Assembly: GCA_965227775.1 (NCBI GenBank) | Contig: OZ245777.1 | Location: 1,440,001 to 1,504,000, forward strand | Direction: 5' to 3' | Length of the DNA: 64,000 nt | Origin: Phycisphaerales bacterium | GTDB lineage: Bacteria > Planctomycetota > Phycisphaerae > Phycisphaerales > UBA1924 | Shown: in pieces, positions 22,601-31,118 of the stretch | How the letters are laid out: each line of letters opens with the position of its first letter | Position numbering within the stretch: the stretch's first letter is position 1 | Notes under the pieces: generated by a model | The model's input: only the letters and a program-made list of their open reading frames with translations | Told to the model about the DNA's origin: nothing | Database searches by the model: none | Position numbers and translations under genes: made by a program

Positions 22601-25600
22601 GAGTCCGATCGCCGTATGGTCCGCCTCATCCCGCTTCGCAACGCCGACGCGACCGAGGTCTCGCAGAACCTCGCCGGCGTGCTGAGCGATGAGGGCGGCG
22701 TCGAGCCGCCGACCATCCGCGTCGATCAGGGCAGCAACACGCTCATCGTGCGGGCAACTGCATCGCAGATGTCCGAGATCGAGGGCCTCGCTCAGCAGAT
22801 CGACTCGGCCACGCTGAGCACCAGCCGGCAGATGCGCCTCATCCCTATCGATCGCTCGCGCGGCGATGCCGCCGTTGTTGCGCAGACACTGCGCCAGCTG
22901 CTCGAGCAGCAGGGCGGCGTCCGCGTGCAGGTCATCGGCGTCGATGAGCTCATGAAGGACTCGGGCGAGCCCATTGGCCCGGGCAGCGCTCTGCCCCAGC
23001 GCCGCGCCCCGCTGCAAGAGGCCGTGATGTCGGCCGTGCTCGCGGGCGTGCAACAGGATGGTGCGCCCGTAGCCGACGCCATGGAAGAAGCAGAAGGAGA
23101 CGACGAGCCGACGATCACGATCGCCGTTGATCCCGCGACGAACACGCTGGTCGTGGTTGGCTCGCCCCGCGTGACCGATCGGTTGGCGTCGCTTGCCGAG
23201 CAGATCCAGCAGCAACTGCCCCAAGAAGCAACGCGGACGCGTGTGATCCGGCTTCCGAGCTCGGCCAATGCCAATGCGATCGCGCAGATCGTTCGCCAGA
23301 CGGTGCAGCGCGTGGGCCGCGCCAGCACGGAGAATCCGTCGGGTTTTACCGGGCGCCCTGACGTCGTTCCAGACCCGATAGGCTCATCGCTCATCGTGTG
23401 GGCCAACGACACCGACTTCGAGGTGCTCGGCGAGCTCATTGCCGCGGTCTCTCGGCTGGAGGCGAGCGAGTCGCTGACGCTGAAGGTTTATCCGCTGGTC
23501 AATATCGATGCCGACGACGCCGCCGACTCGGTCAACGACCTGGTGAGCGCCCAGCCGACCGGCCAGCAGGCCCGCCGATTTCGCTGGCAGCAGGCGCCAT
23601 CGCGGGCGAGCGATCTGACGCTGCTCGGGCCCGACGGCCAACGCGTCGAAGCTTCGATTGATCCCGACACGGTCCGTGTGCTGGCCGACCCCAGCGGCAC
23701 GCGGCTGGTTGTGACGGCACCGAGCGACGTGCTGCCGCTCATCGACTCGTTCGTAAGCCTCATCGATCAGAGCCCGCTCGCCGATCGCCTGTCGATCCGC
23801 CGCTACGAGCTCGACAACGCCGAAGCTCAACAGCTCTCGCGTGCGTTTCGCGACCTGTTTCGCGCCCAGCGGCGCGGGCCCGGTGGCAACTCCATCCCCG
23901 AGCCCAGCTTTGTGGCCGATGATCGCACCAATGCGCTCCTGATCACCGCGTCGAGCGATCAGCACCAGGAGATCGAGCGTCTGCTCGTTGATGCTGATGC
24001 GCCCTCACGCGATGAGGGGCTGGAGCTTGCGATCCTGCCTCTGCAGAACGCCGCCCCACGCACGGTTGCCCAGGTCATCAACCAGGTACTCATCGGCAAC
24101 GATCCTGGCCGGAGGGACAAGCTCAACGTCTCGGCCGACGACGACGCGGGGATGCTCGTCGTGCGGGCCGAGCCCGAATTGCTGGCCGAGGTCCGACTGC
24201 TGGCAGAAGACCTCGACTCGGCGAGCGTCGAGGGCGCGCCGATCCGCACGATCAAGCTGGAGACGGCCGACGCCCCGACGGTTGCGCAGGCCATCCAAAG
24301 CTTCATGCGCGACCGGGCCCAATCGGCCGGCCGTGGTCGCCGCGGGCAGACGCGCGTAAACGTTGTGGGTGAGCGCCGCAGCGGCACGCTCATCGTGGCC
24401 GCATCAGACGAAGACTTTGCTCAGGTTGAGGAACTCGCCGCAGCGCTCGACCTGCCCGCAGCGGCCCGCGACCTGCGCGTCCAGATTGTGCGTGTTGAGA
24501 ACGGTCGGGCCAAGGACCTGAACGAAGCCGTCAGCGACCTCCAGATCCAGCTCTTCGACGAGCGGGTGTGGGGCAATCGTCGGAACGATGCGCCGCCCGA
24601 GGACAAGCTCTACACAACCGTGCACGAGCCGAGCAACAGCATCATCGTCGTCGGTCAGGGCGACACGATGGACCTCATGCTGGGCCTGATCGCCGACCTT
24701 GATCAGGAGAGAAGCGACGTCACCCGCAAGATCGTTCGGACCGTGCCGATCAAGGACGGCGACCCGGACGCGATCGCGCAGATCATCCGGCAGGCCTTCC
24801 AGGAGAACGACCGAGGACGTTTCTGGTTCAGCTTTGGCCAGCAGACCGTCAACGTGTCGGTCGATCGCACGCGCGGCCTGCTCATCCTGGTTGGCGAGAA
24901 GGCCAAGGTCGACCAGGCCGTCGAGTACGCCGAGACGCTTGCGGCGACGCCCGGCATCGAAGATCGACCCATCGAGGTCATCGAGCTGCGGCACGCCAAC
25001 GCCGATCGCGTGCAGCGGACGCTGCAGCAGTTCTTTGCCCAGCGTGCTCGCTCGCGGGGGCAGCGGCAGAGCGATGTTACGATCATCGGCTCGGCTGATG
25101 GCAACGTGCTCATCACGACGGCGGGCGAAGAAGACATGTCGCTGCTGCAGGACATGGTCGCCCAAATAGACCAGCCCGACCTTCCCGAGGGTCGGAGCAT
25201 TGAGGTCTTCTCGCTGCGTTCGATGGATCCGCGGGAGGCCAGCGATGCCATCCGGAGCATGATTCCCAGCAGCGGCCGCGAGGACGCCATCCGCGTCACG
25301 CCCCAGCCGAGCCGCAACGCGATCATCGTGTCGGCGCAGGACGAGCAGTTCCCGCTCATTCGCGCGTTGCTGGAGAAGCTCGACACGGATGCCGCGCTGC
25401 CGTTCGTGAGCGTGCAGCTCACCGAGGCTCGCGCGACGCAGGTCGCCCAGGACCTGCGCAGTGCTCTGCCCGATGGCATGAACGTGGAGCTCACCGCCGT
25501 CGATCGCACGAACACGGTCATCATCTCTGGTGGCAACGAGGAGTCGGTCGCCTGGGTGCGCAAGCAGATCGCGCAGTTTGACGTGGCAAGCGCACCGCCC

Positions 25601-28600
25601 GCCACCGAGTTCCGCCGCGTGCAACTCGAGCACGCCCGCGCGGTCGACGTGTGGCTCACGCTTCGCGAGGCCGTCCGTGCCCAGCCGCGCCAGCAGGGCG
25701 AATCCGTGCCCGGTGTCGACTACGTCGACAGCCAGAACGTCGTGACGCTGACGGCAGAGCCCGACGAGATGAAGCAGCTCCTGCAGATCATCGAGGAACT
25801 CGACGTGGAGACCGGTGGCGAGCGGCAAACGCAGTTCATCAAGCTGCGATTCGCCGAGGCGAATCTCGTGGCCGAAGCGCTCAAGCTCTTTTATGGCCCC
25901 CGCGCGATCGAGGCCAAGAGCCAGGGTGCCCGCGACGTGAGCATTCTCAGCGATGCGGTGACCAACACGCTCATCATCGCCGCCGGCGAAGAGCAGTGGG
26001 AGGGCATCCGCAACCTGCTCGACCAGTTCGACACCGAGGCATACTCGACCGGGCGTCAGCTCAAGGTCATCCCGCTCAACAACGCCGATGCGCGAAACGT
26101 GGCTGACGCGTTGAACGAGGGCTTTCGGGCCCCGCTCGAGCAGCAGATCCAGCGCGAGCAGGCCCGCCGCCAGGGCAACCAGCAGGGCGATCGGCGGCAG
26201 GTCTCGCCCGATCTGCCGACCGTGCTGATCGACCCGGGTGAGACGCCCGTCGTTTCGGCCGAGATCGAGACCAACTCGCTCATCGTCTTTGCCAATGTGC
26301 AGGACCTGGAGCGAATCGAGACCATCGCCAAGTCGCTCGATGGCGAGGGCGCTGGTCGGCTGCCCGACGCGCGGGTCATCGCGCTCCAGTCGGGCCGGGC
26401 CACGCGCATCGCCCAAGCCGTGCAGCGGATCTTCATCGATCCGCTCGGCCGCCGCGGCCCGCGGACGCCGGTGGTGTACGGCGATGACGCGAGCAACATG
26501 ATCGTGTTCCGCGGCTCGGAAGCTGAGTTCACGCAGGTCCGGGCGCTCGTGCAGACGCTCGAGGCTGAGGGCTCTTCGGCAGACGTGCGTGTTCGCACGC
26601 TCGTGGTCAAGGGCATCCCAGCCGTGCGGATGCGCGAGACGCTGCTGAACGCGTTCCGTGTGCGGGCCGAGCAGCTGAACGAGGGCCTGGGCATCGAGGT
26701 CGACCGCGACAGCAACGCCCTGGTGATTGCTGCGAGCGAGCGGCTGTACGAAGAGATGAAGGAAGTGGTCGACACGCTCCAGGGCGAGCTGCTTGGCGGC
26801 GAGGGCGAGATCGAGGGCCTCGACCCAGCCGGCCCGATGGGCCTGGGCCAGTCGATCCGCATCATCGAGCTCGCTTCCCAAGCGCCCGCTCAGGTGGTGC
26901 AGCTTGCCAACCAGCTCGGGCTCACGCGGCCAACGCGGGCCGATCGCCCGGGCGTGGTCAGCGAGCCGATCAGCGTCGTGCCGCTACCGACCCGAAGCGC
27001 CGTAGCCGTGGTCGCGGGCGCCGCCGATGCCGACCGTGTCGAGCAACTCATTCGCGCCATCGACCAGGGCGGCGTGACCGATGCGCAGACCGTCGCCATG
27101 ATCCGGCTGAAGACCGCATCGGCCGAACAGGTCGCACGGGTCGTGCGCGAGATGCTGGCGCCGCAGGCCGAGCAGAACCAGTCCGCCACGGCCCGGGCGC
27201 TCGCGGAGCAGGTCCGCCGGCGTCGCATGGGCGCGGGTGAGGGCGGCCCCGAGTTCGATCTCGACGTGCCCGTCCAACTCGGCATCGACTCAGGCTCGAA
27301 CTCGCTCCTGATCGCGTCGTCGCCGGCCAATGTTGCCGCGATCGAGCATCTGGTTGCGACGCTCGACACGCTGCCCGTGGGCGAGGCCGTGGTGGCCCGC
27401 ATCTTCGCGCTCAGCAACGCCGACGCTGGCCGCATCCGCACGATCATCGATGGCTTGTTCCGCGAGGGCGAGGCCATCCGCCGCGTGCCGGGCACGCAGC
27501 GGCAGGGCGTGCCCACGACGGCCACGGGCCAGGCGCTCGCGGGTGATGTCGCCATCGAGGTCGACGCACGCACAAACTCGCTGATCGTCGTTGGTCGAGA
27601 AGATGGCGTCGCGTTCGTCGAGGTCTTGCTTGCAGACCTTGACAGCGAAGAGTCCGTCGGTTGGATCGAGCCGAGCATCATCACGCTCGAGCACGCCGAC
27701 GCGACGGACGTCGCCGACCTCATCCGCGAGACGCTCGTCGATGGCGTGTCCGACGCGCCCCAGGCCGCGGGCCTGCGCGAGCAAGTTGGCCGCCTTCGCC
27801 TCGTTCAGCACGGCAAGGACCCGCTTGAGGCCGGGGCGCGGCTCGATAGCGACCTTTTCGGCACGCTCAGCGGGCTGACCATCCTGCCCGAGCCGACGGG
27901 CAACCGGCTGATCGTCGTGGCGAGTCCGGCCAACCTGCGCATCGTGCAGGAACTCGTGAAGATGCTCGACGTCGAGTCGGCGGCTGCAAGCAACCAAGTG
28001 CGGTTTTTCGCGCTCGAGCGCGCGTCGGCCGATCGTGTCGCTGATCTGGTCGAAGAGATCTTCGATGATCGCCGCCGCGTCGGCATCGATCGAGAAGAGG
28101 ATGCTGTCCTGATCCAGCCCGACCTTCGCACGAATTCGCTCGTCGTCTCGACAAGCCCACGAAGCTTCGCCGTGCTCGAGGATCTTGTGCAGCGGCTCGA
28201 CCGCGACGAGGGTCGGGTGACCGTCGGCTTGCACACGATCGATGTTGTGGGTGCAGACGCCGAGCAGCTCGCGCCGCGTATCGAGCGGCTCATGCGCGAC
28301 CGAATCGAGGCGGCCACTCGCGGCGGTCGGTCCGAGTCTGCCCAGGACGTCTTTTCGATCGAACCCAGCCGTTCGACCAACCAGCTGCTGGTGGTCTCGA
28401 GCGAGGAGAATCTCGAGGTCGTTCGTGGTCTGGTCGAGAGCCTCTCGAAGGAAGAGCAACGCCTCAGTGAGGCCGCAGAGATCGCGCTCATCGGGCTCGA
28501 GCGGGGTACCGCTTCGAGCATCGTTGATTCGATCCGTACGCTCTACGTCGACCCCGAGAACGACAAGCGCGGCGACAACGCCGTCAGCGTCGTCGCGGAA

Positions 28601-30538
28601 GATCGCACGAATTCGATCGTCGTCAGTGGTACGGCCAACGACATTACCAAGGTGCGAGACCTTGTCCAGCGTCTCGACGTTGCAGAGGTCTTCCGCCAGC
28701 GCTTGCTGCAGCGGGTTGAGCTCGACAGTGCCGATGCGCGTGAGGTCGTCCAACTGCTTGAGAATCTGCTCTCCGGCCGCAGCGTGGGCGGGCAGCCGGG
28801 CGAGTCGGCGTCCATCATCGAGTTCCGCCGCCAGATCCGCGACGAGATGGGCAACGGGCAGGGCGAGTATGCCATTACCCGTGCCACCATCGACGACTCG
28901 GTCCGCCGGCAGATCACGATCGAGGCGGACGAGCGCACGAACGCCGTCACGATCATCAGCCCGCCAGAGGTCATGGATCTCATTCTGGGCTTCATCGACG
29001 AGGTCGACCGCAGCGAGGTCGACGATCGCATCCTCAAGTACTTCCGCCTGCAGAACGCCGACGCCGAGCAGATGGCCGTGGTGCTGCAGGAGTTGTTCAG
29101 CCTGCAGCGGCAGGGCGACCAACTGATCCTGGTGCCATCGCGCCGGCGGGACATCGATGTCGAGCAACCCTTCGAGCCCCAGCTCACGCCGGTCTCCACC
29201 GAGCGCGAGCGGCTGGCGATCACCATCGACTACCGAACCAACACGCTCATCGTCTCGGCGACCAAGGAGTACGTCGATCTGGTTTCGGACGTCATCAACC
29301 GGCTCGATTCCATCCAGGCTACCGAGCGTGAAGAGGTCGTGTACTCGCTGCAAAATGCTCAGGCCAATGAGGTTGAGCAAGTCCTGCAGGGCTACTTCCA
29401 GACGCAGGCCGATCGGCTGCGTCAGCTCATTAGCGATGAGGGAAGTGAGTCGCTCAGCCGCGTGCTCGACCGCGAGGTCATCGTGGTTGGAGACCCGACG
29501 AGCAACAAGGTCATCGTGTCCGCCTCGCCGCGGTATATCAGCACGGTGAACGACATCGTCAGCGAGCTCGACGCCGCGCCGCCGCAGGTGCTGGTGCAGG
29601 CCCTCATCGCCGAGGTGACGCTCGACGAGAACGCAAGCTGGGGCCTGGACTTCGACGTGTTCGACTTTGGTGGCGATATGTTCGACTTCGGCATGAGCGC
29701 TGCCGGCACGGGTGTTGCCACGGCCGTTGGTCTTCCCAACCTCTCACTCACGTCGTCCGACTTCGGATTGGCCGTACGTGCACTCGAGGGGCAGGGCCGG
29801 CTTGAGGTCTTGTCGCGGCCTGTCATCCAGATCAACAACAACGAGTCGGGCAACATCCTCGTGGGTGAAGACATCGCCATCATCGAGAGCGTCGATACGT
29901 TTGAGAACGGCCGAACACAGGCCAACGTCACTCGACGCAACGTCGGTATTGAGATGCTGGTGCGACCATCGATCAGCTCCGATGGCTTCGTGCGCATGGA
30001 GATTCAGCCCGAGATCTCCTCGCTCTCGAGCCAGCAGACCCAGATTAGCGAGAACTTCGCAGCTCCGATCATTAACACCCGCGAGGTGCAGACCACCGTG
30101 ACCGTGCGAAACGGCGAGACGGTCGTCATTGGCGGCCTGATCCAGGCGTTCAATGACAATCGCAACACCAGTGTGCCGCTCTTTGGCGACTTGCCGGGTG
30201 TGGGCTGGCTCTTCCGTACCCGGGAGCGAACGAATCGACGGACCGAGCTGCTCGTCGTGCTGACGCCGCGGATCATCCCCGGCGGGCGGGTTGGCGTGGT
30301 CGAAGCCCGCCGCGTGACGGGAAATGAGATGTTCCGCCACACCGGCGCGTCGAGCAAAATGATCGAGCGTTCGGACGTGACGGGCCTGTCGATCGAGCAG
30401 TTCGATCCGCGGTACTTCCCAGATGAAATCCTGATCGATGAGAGCATGATGGGACCGCACATGGATCAGTCTGCGACGTACCCTGCCGTACGCCCGACCG
30501 ATCCCGAAGAGTCGACCGATCCGGAGCAGCCCCAGTGA
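16676..30538 (+). CDS. gspD: Giant secretin (GspD family): signal peptide, N0, ~50 Secretin_N repeats, secretin core
   Basis: N0-like ISFSFENAPYSEVLGFF. About 50 repeats of the pattern (xxxL.nA.A..v...L ... v..D.rTN.LIV.a......i..Li..LD). Core PQVLVQALIAEV...LEVLSRP...VGIEMLVRPSI...INTREVQTTVTVRNGETVVIGGLI...VPLFGDLPGVGWLF...TELLVVLTPRII. Start is 16676 (ATGA coupling) or 16754 (GGGAG SD, signal peptide MSTVVKGHVAAALVLSCGMAMSVDA). Confidence 0.95.
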   Translation: MTLEDLHPTTQTAAGRATSKAKGDARMSTVVKGHVAAALVLSCGMAMSVDAAQDQATGTTLAEAPPADPPAAAGQRSMTPISFSFENAPYSEVLGFFSREAGVPIIYQAAVPEQGMTFISGQSYSFDTALDILNRFLLPHRVRLSEQDEYLYFRSIEDAARQPGEIFQGELPAGMQQGKIVTLAVPLTNVDAATVAEQVKAMVAGYGSLVPVPSQNLLIVTETVEQIRRIREVLRMVDSQPPSDSDYRIYALRNAQVSDVIGTLRTLVPEYEKTIQKQGNRIEVVDDVTKPPVRFESNGRSNSIIAIGPTRRLETAAQLIEMLDQGDGAGVDGRRMASFVLESVTPQEAARQLDRLFSSVPNDRKPTVIPMETQGKITVVGSASLVMQAEALLGELDPGLDERADSAQRTTVVELERVDAGSVERLAQRLLSARQRQVLRFAPLAGGRSLMVTGPAADVESFEELARTLDSGEAIARDVRTLTVGRGDAQAVVDRAEELYELSGMAEREPLAIDVDAARRIVTVVGQREGLDRFVEFMRQSESSVVVERESRSFTMAAARPSEVAQRASRVADAMLRPADGSAYDAPQFEAIDEVNQLIVRASEGQFSVIEALIAQLDKPAGGSRFVTVPVRNATPQQLLDRVGPVYDAEAARRGDPSLSDIELTPDAAAGAIIARGSAASVALFQDVLRQVQQLVPPARSTRMLDLEFAGADQVLPVLQGLIEQREPVDPAREAPLPEISVLERTNTLVVKAEPAQHAMVAELVARLDTPEPMDLPPLKLLQLRTANAGNIARMLNDQYRQRPQADRIARPVDVRADEATNTLIVSAHEALLTDIKSFVDEINEESQQGPERAPLLFRLSVAKATDVADAMNRLYPEPAIPRDRRGQPMPWLQQPREVVVSADESSNSLIIDAPVEMHESLRELASQLDQVEVPPSAELRTYRVVNADVATIKRVLEGMDRQGNLSAPAQPGRQSVRVTIEAEPRSGTLIVAGDDTTFQRVEAMLEDLSAVPVERETAIVPIANADAKDIGDRALSIYQAQVAGVPGAGEVELSINETTNALEIVADAQAMERFLGVIDLLQDQAGPPREARLIQLQQARAADVIEFLRDLVGSSSSLRQQGGPEPVFEAIESTNSILAAAVPSQFGIIEQLVLDLDRQQSAGRQPLRILRLRTTEAGNIANMLQESYQRRTPEERARQPVDIRADAATNTLLVSAHPEMMPEIESVVSQLNDARTIDDEDREIRIFPLQHARAEELARTIDEMYPEPPMPRDSRGRPRPDLQQPKEVVVRANRSTNALIVDAPSRRLAGFEQIVNSLDKSELAGDVVVRTYRPQRAEPQAIASAIRELAGSGALGGSPRTPLTVSVEPNTRTIIVSGPGEAFAQVESLLEDLDGSPARPESAVKLYKLRHARADRLEPLLRDLLTTRLREQQQVSGGLGVADVASLLTVSAEPATNTLIISAPPVAQELAQSLIDALDTDEVGAAAPVVRVVPLSHGRSDQIAPQLERAIDALVLPSGGEVRVSSVGGANALLLTGSQNDLELVGTLVDDLDTPPFDPEAVGVQTFELQHADAERVGPVIERLLEQQRESNPFILRELMRRDPMAAQVTPVRVEVDSGTNALLVSGPSKMVELAEELIERLDRPTVESGRTLLTYTPARAQPQALVDAVSPVAEQTIERDRQGLEISADPSTGTVIVVGGEASAVQAVELLQRFDDRAPATPVADVTVVTLANASARNVAQTVESLLNDRGRWPAELVRAEQAGLAVPRPTLRADEQSNRIVMSVPSAMMPMAGKLIEAMDAAPDGQGERGVRLVRLAQGDADSVANAVQDALRAGIRPGQPQPTVRAETRSNSIVIAASQSQIEEAVQLIGQMDVQVEPEAVGVLTLRLKHTRAETVAPILETILQQDSVVDLLPWWAIGGFAAQNPDQAIKPTIRVIPEPGSNTVVVAAPRPMLELAQQVVAELDAADSAGESDRRMVRLIPLRNADATEVSQNLAGVLSDEGGVEPPTIRVDQGSNTLIVRATASQMSEIEGLAQQIDSATLSTSRQMRLIPIDRSRGDAAVVAQTLRQLLEQQGGVRVQVIGVDELMKDSGEPIGPGSALPQRRAPLQEAVMSAVLAGVQQDGAPVADAMEEAEGDDEPTITIAVDPATNTLVVVGSPRVTDRLASLAEQIQQQLPQEATRTRVIRLPSSANANAIAQIVRQTVQRVGRASTENPSGFTGRPDVVPDPIGSSLIVWANDTDFEVLGELIAAVSRLEASESLTLKVYPLVNIDADDAADSVNDLVSAQPTGQQARRFRWQQAPSRASDLTLLGPDGQRVEASIDPDTVRVLADPSGTRLVVTAPSDVLPLIDSFVSLIDQSPLADRLSIRRYELDNAEAQQLSRAFRDLFRAQRRGPGGNSIPEPSFVADDRTNALLITASSDQHQEIERLLVDADAPSRDEGLELAILPLQNAAPRTVAQVINQVLIGNDPGRRDKLNVSADDDAGMLVVRAEPELLAEVRLLAEDLDSASVEGAPIRTIKLETADAPTVAQAIQSFMRDRAQSAGRGRRGQTRVNVVGERRSGTLIVAASDEDFAQVEELAAALDLPAAARDLRVQIVRVENGRAKDLNEAVSDLQIQLFDERVWGNRRNDAPPEDKLYTTVHEPSNSIIVVGQGDTMDLMLGLIADLDQERSDVTRKIVRTVPIKDGDPDAIAQIIRQAFQENDRGRFWFSFGQQTVNVSVDRTRGLLILVGEKAKVDQAVEYAETLAATPGIEDRPIEVIELRHANADRVQRTLQQFFAQRARSRGQRQSDVTIIGSADGNVLITTAGEEDMSLLQDMVAQIDQPDLPEGRSIEVFSLRSMDPREASDAIRSMIPSSGREDAIRVTPQPSRNAIIVSAQDEQFPLIRALLEKLDTDAALPFVSVQLTEARATQVAQDLRSALPDGMNVELTAVDRTNTVIISGGNEESVAWVRKQIAQFDVASAPPATEFRRVQLEHARAVDVWLTLREAVRAQPRQQGESVPGVDYVDSQNVVTLTAEPDEMKQLLQIIEELDVETGGERQTQFIKLRFAEANLVAEALKLFYGPRAIEAKSQGARDVSILSDAVTNTLIIAAGEEQWEGIRNLLDQFDTEAYSTGRQLKVIPLNNADARNVADALNEGFRAPLEQQIQREQARRQGNQQGDRRQVSPDLPTVLIDPGETPVVSAEIETNSLIVFANVQDLERIETIAKSLDGEGAGRLPDARVIALQSGRATRIAQAVQRIFIDPLGRRGPRTPVVYGDDASNMIVFRGSEAEFTQVRALVQTLEAEGSSADVRVRTLVVKGIPAVRMRETLLNAFRVRAEQLNEGLGIEVDRDSNALVIAASERLYEEMKEVVDTLQGELLGGEGEIEGLDPAGPMGLGQSIRIIELASQAPAQVVQLANQLGLTRPTRADRPGVVSEPISVVPLPTRSAVAVVAGAADADRVEQLIRAIDQGGVTDAQTVAMIRLKTASAEQVARVVREMLAPQAEQNQSATARALAEQVRRRRMGAGEGGPEFDLDVPVQLGIDSGSNSLLIASSPANVAAIEHLVATLDTLPVGEAVVARIFALSNADAGRIRTIIDGLFREGEAIRRVPGTQRQGVPTTATGQALAGDVAIEVDARTNSLIVVGREDGVAFVEVLLADLDSEESVGWIEPSIITLEHADATDVADLIRETLVDGVSDAPQAAGLREQVGRLRLVQHGKDPLEAGARLDSDLFGTLSGLTILPEPTGNRLIVVASPANLRIVQELVKMLDVESAAASNQVRFFALERASADRVADLVEEIFDDRRRVGIDREEDAVLIQPDLRTNSLVVSTSPRSFAVLEDLVQRLDRDEGRVTVGLHTIDVVGADAEQLAPRIERLMRDRIEAATRGGRSESAQDVFSIEPSRSTNQLLVVSSEENLEVVRGLVESLSKEEQRLSEAAEIALIGLERGTASSIVDSIRTLYVDPENDKRGDNAVSVVAEDRTNSIVVSGTANDITKVRDLVQRLDVAEVFRQRLLQRVELDSADAREVVQLLENLLSGRSVGGQPGESASIIEFRRQIRDEMGNGQGEYAITRATIDDSVRRQITIEADERTNAVTIISPPEVMDLILGFIDEVDRSEVDDRILKYFRLQNADAEQMAVVLQELFSLQRQGDQLILVPSRRRDIDVEQPFEPQLTPVSTERERLAITIDYRTNTLIVSATKEYVDLVSDVINRLDSIQATEREEVVYSLQNAQANEVEQVLQGYFQTQADRLRQLISDEGSESLSRVLDREVIVVGDPTSNKVIVSASPRYISTVNDIVSELDAAPPQVLVQALIAEVTLDENASWGLDFDVFDFGGDMFDFGMSAAGTGVATAVGLPNLSLTSSDFGLAVRALEGQGRLEVLSRPVIQINNNESGNILVGEDIAIIESVDTFENGRTQANVTRRNVGIEMLVRPSISSDGFVRMEIQPEISSLSSQQTQISENFAAPIINTREVQTTVTVRNGETVVIGGLIQAFNDNRNTSVPLFGDLPGVGWLFRTRERTNRRTELLVVLTPRIIPGGRVGVVEARRVTGNEMFRHTGASSKMIERSDVTGLSIEQFDPRYFPDEILIDESMMGPHMDQSATYPAVRPTDPEESTDPEQPQ
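17213..29580 (+). repeat. Array of ~50 degenerate Secretin_N (KH-like N1/N2/N3) protein repeats
   Basis: Counted by eye from IVTLAVPLTN... to ...VSELDAAPPQ. Units are about 68-135 aa, with a variable central loop. Confidence 0.88.
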
Positions 30539-31077
30539 GAACAGCCGCCAGCCTCGCCTCCGCCTCATGCATGGTCTTCGCGATTGTGTTCGGCGCGGGC
30601 GCTGGCGCGGGGTGCGCGAGCAATGGCCCGGCCATCAAGAAGTTCGCCCCGCCGCCCGAGGACGTGATGCCCCGGCGCGTGATCGTGATGAAACGCGGCG
30701 AGTTCGATCAGGACCTCAACAGCTACATCGATGGCGTGCTGATCGAGGCTTACCTCATCAACAACGACCGCCCGGGCGACGGAGCTGACCAGCCCTTCCA
30801 CCGAGACGGCACACTCGCGTTTCGGCTCTTCGATGCCGGTGGCGAGTTGCTGTGCGAGGGCGAGTTCACGCCGGCGATCATGGCGAGGTCGGAGCGGACC
30901 GAGGCCGACACCCTGCTCGGCCCCGGCTACGCGCTCCAGATCATGTTCGGCCCGCGCGGCTACGAGGACATCCGCGACCGCATGGCCGCGCGCATGGACT
31001 TCGAGTTCACGCCGACAGCAGCCCCCGAACAAAAGGCATTCGGTTCGACCCAGGTCCGCCTCGGCCCGATGTTTTGA
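30535..31077 (+). CDS. Putative lipoprotein, last gene of the T2SS operon (candidate pilotin/accessory)
   Basis: GTGA overlap with the secretin stop. Hydrophobic N-terminus ending GAGAGC (lipobox-like). Coding-like codon usage. Function inferred from position only. Confidence 0.7.
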   Translation: MRTAASLASASCMVFAIVFGAGAGAGCASNGPAIKKFAPPPEDVMPRRVIVMKRGEFDQDLNSYIDGVLIEAYLINNDRPGDGADQPFHRDGTLAFRLFDAGGELLCEGEFTPAIMARSERTEADTLLGPGYALQIMFGPRGYEDIRDRMAARMDFEFTPTAAPEQKAFGSTQVRLGPMF

Positions 31078-31118
31078 GCCACGACCCTCGACGCCCATCG
31101 CTCGCTCGGGCTTGAGCC

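Noticed and set aside
17576..29380. Long reverse-strand ORFs (482, 490, 825 and 696 aa) inside the secretin
   Set aside because: Shadow frames of the clearly coding + strand gene.
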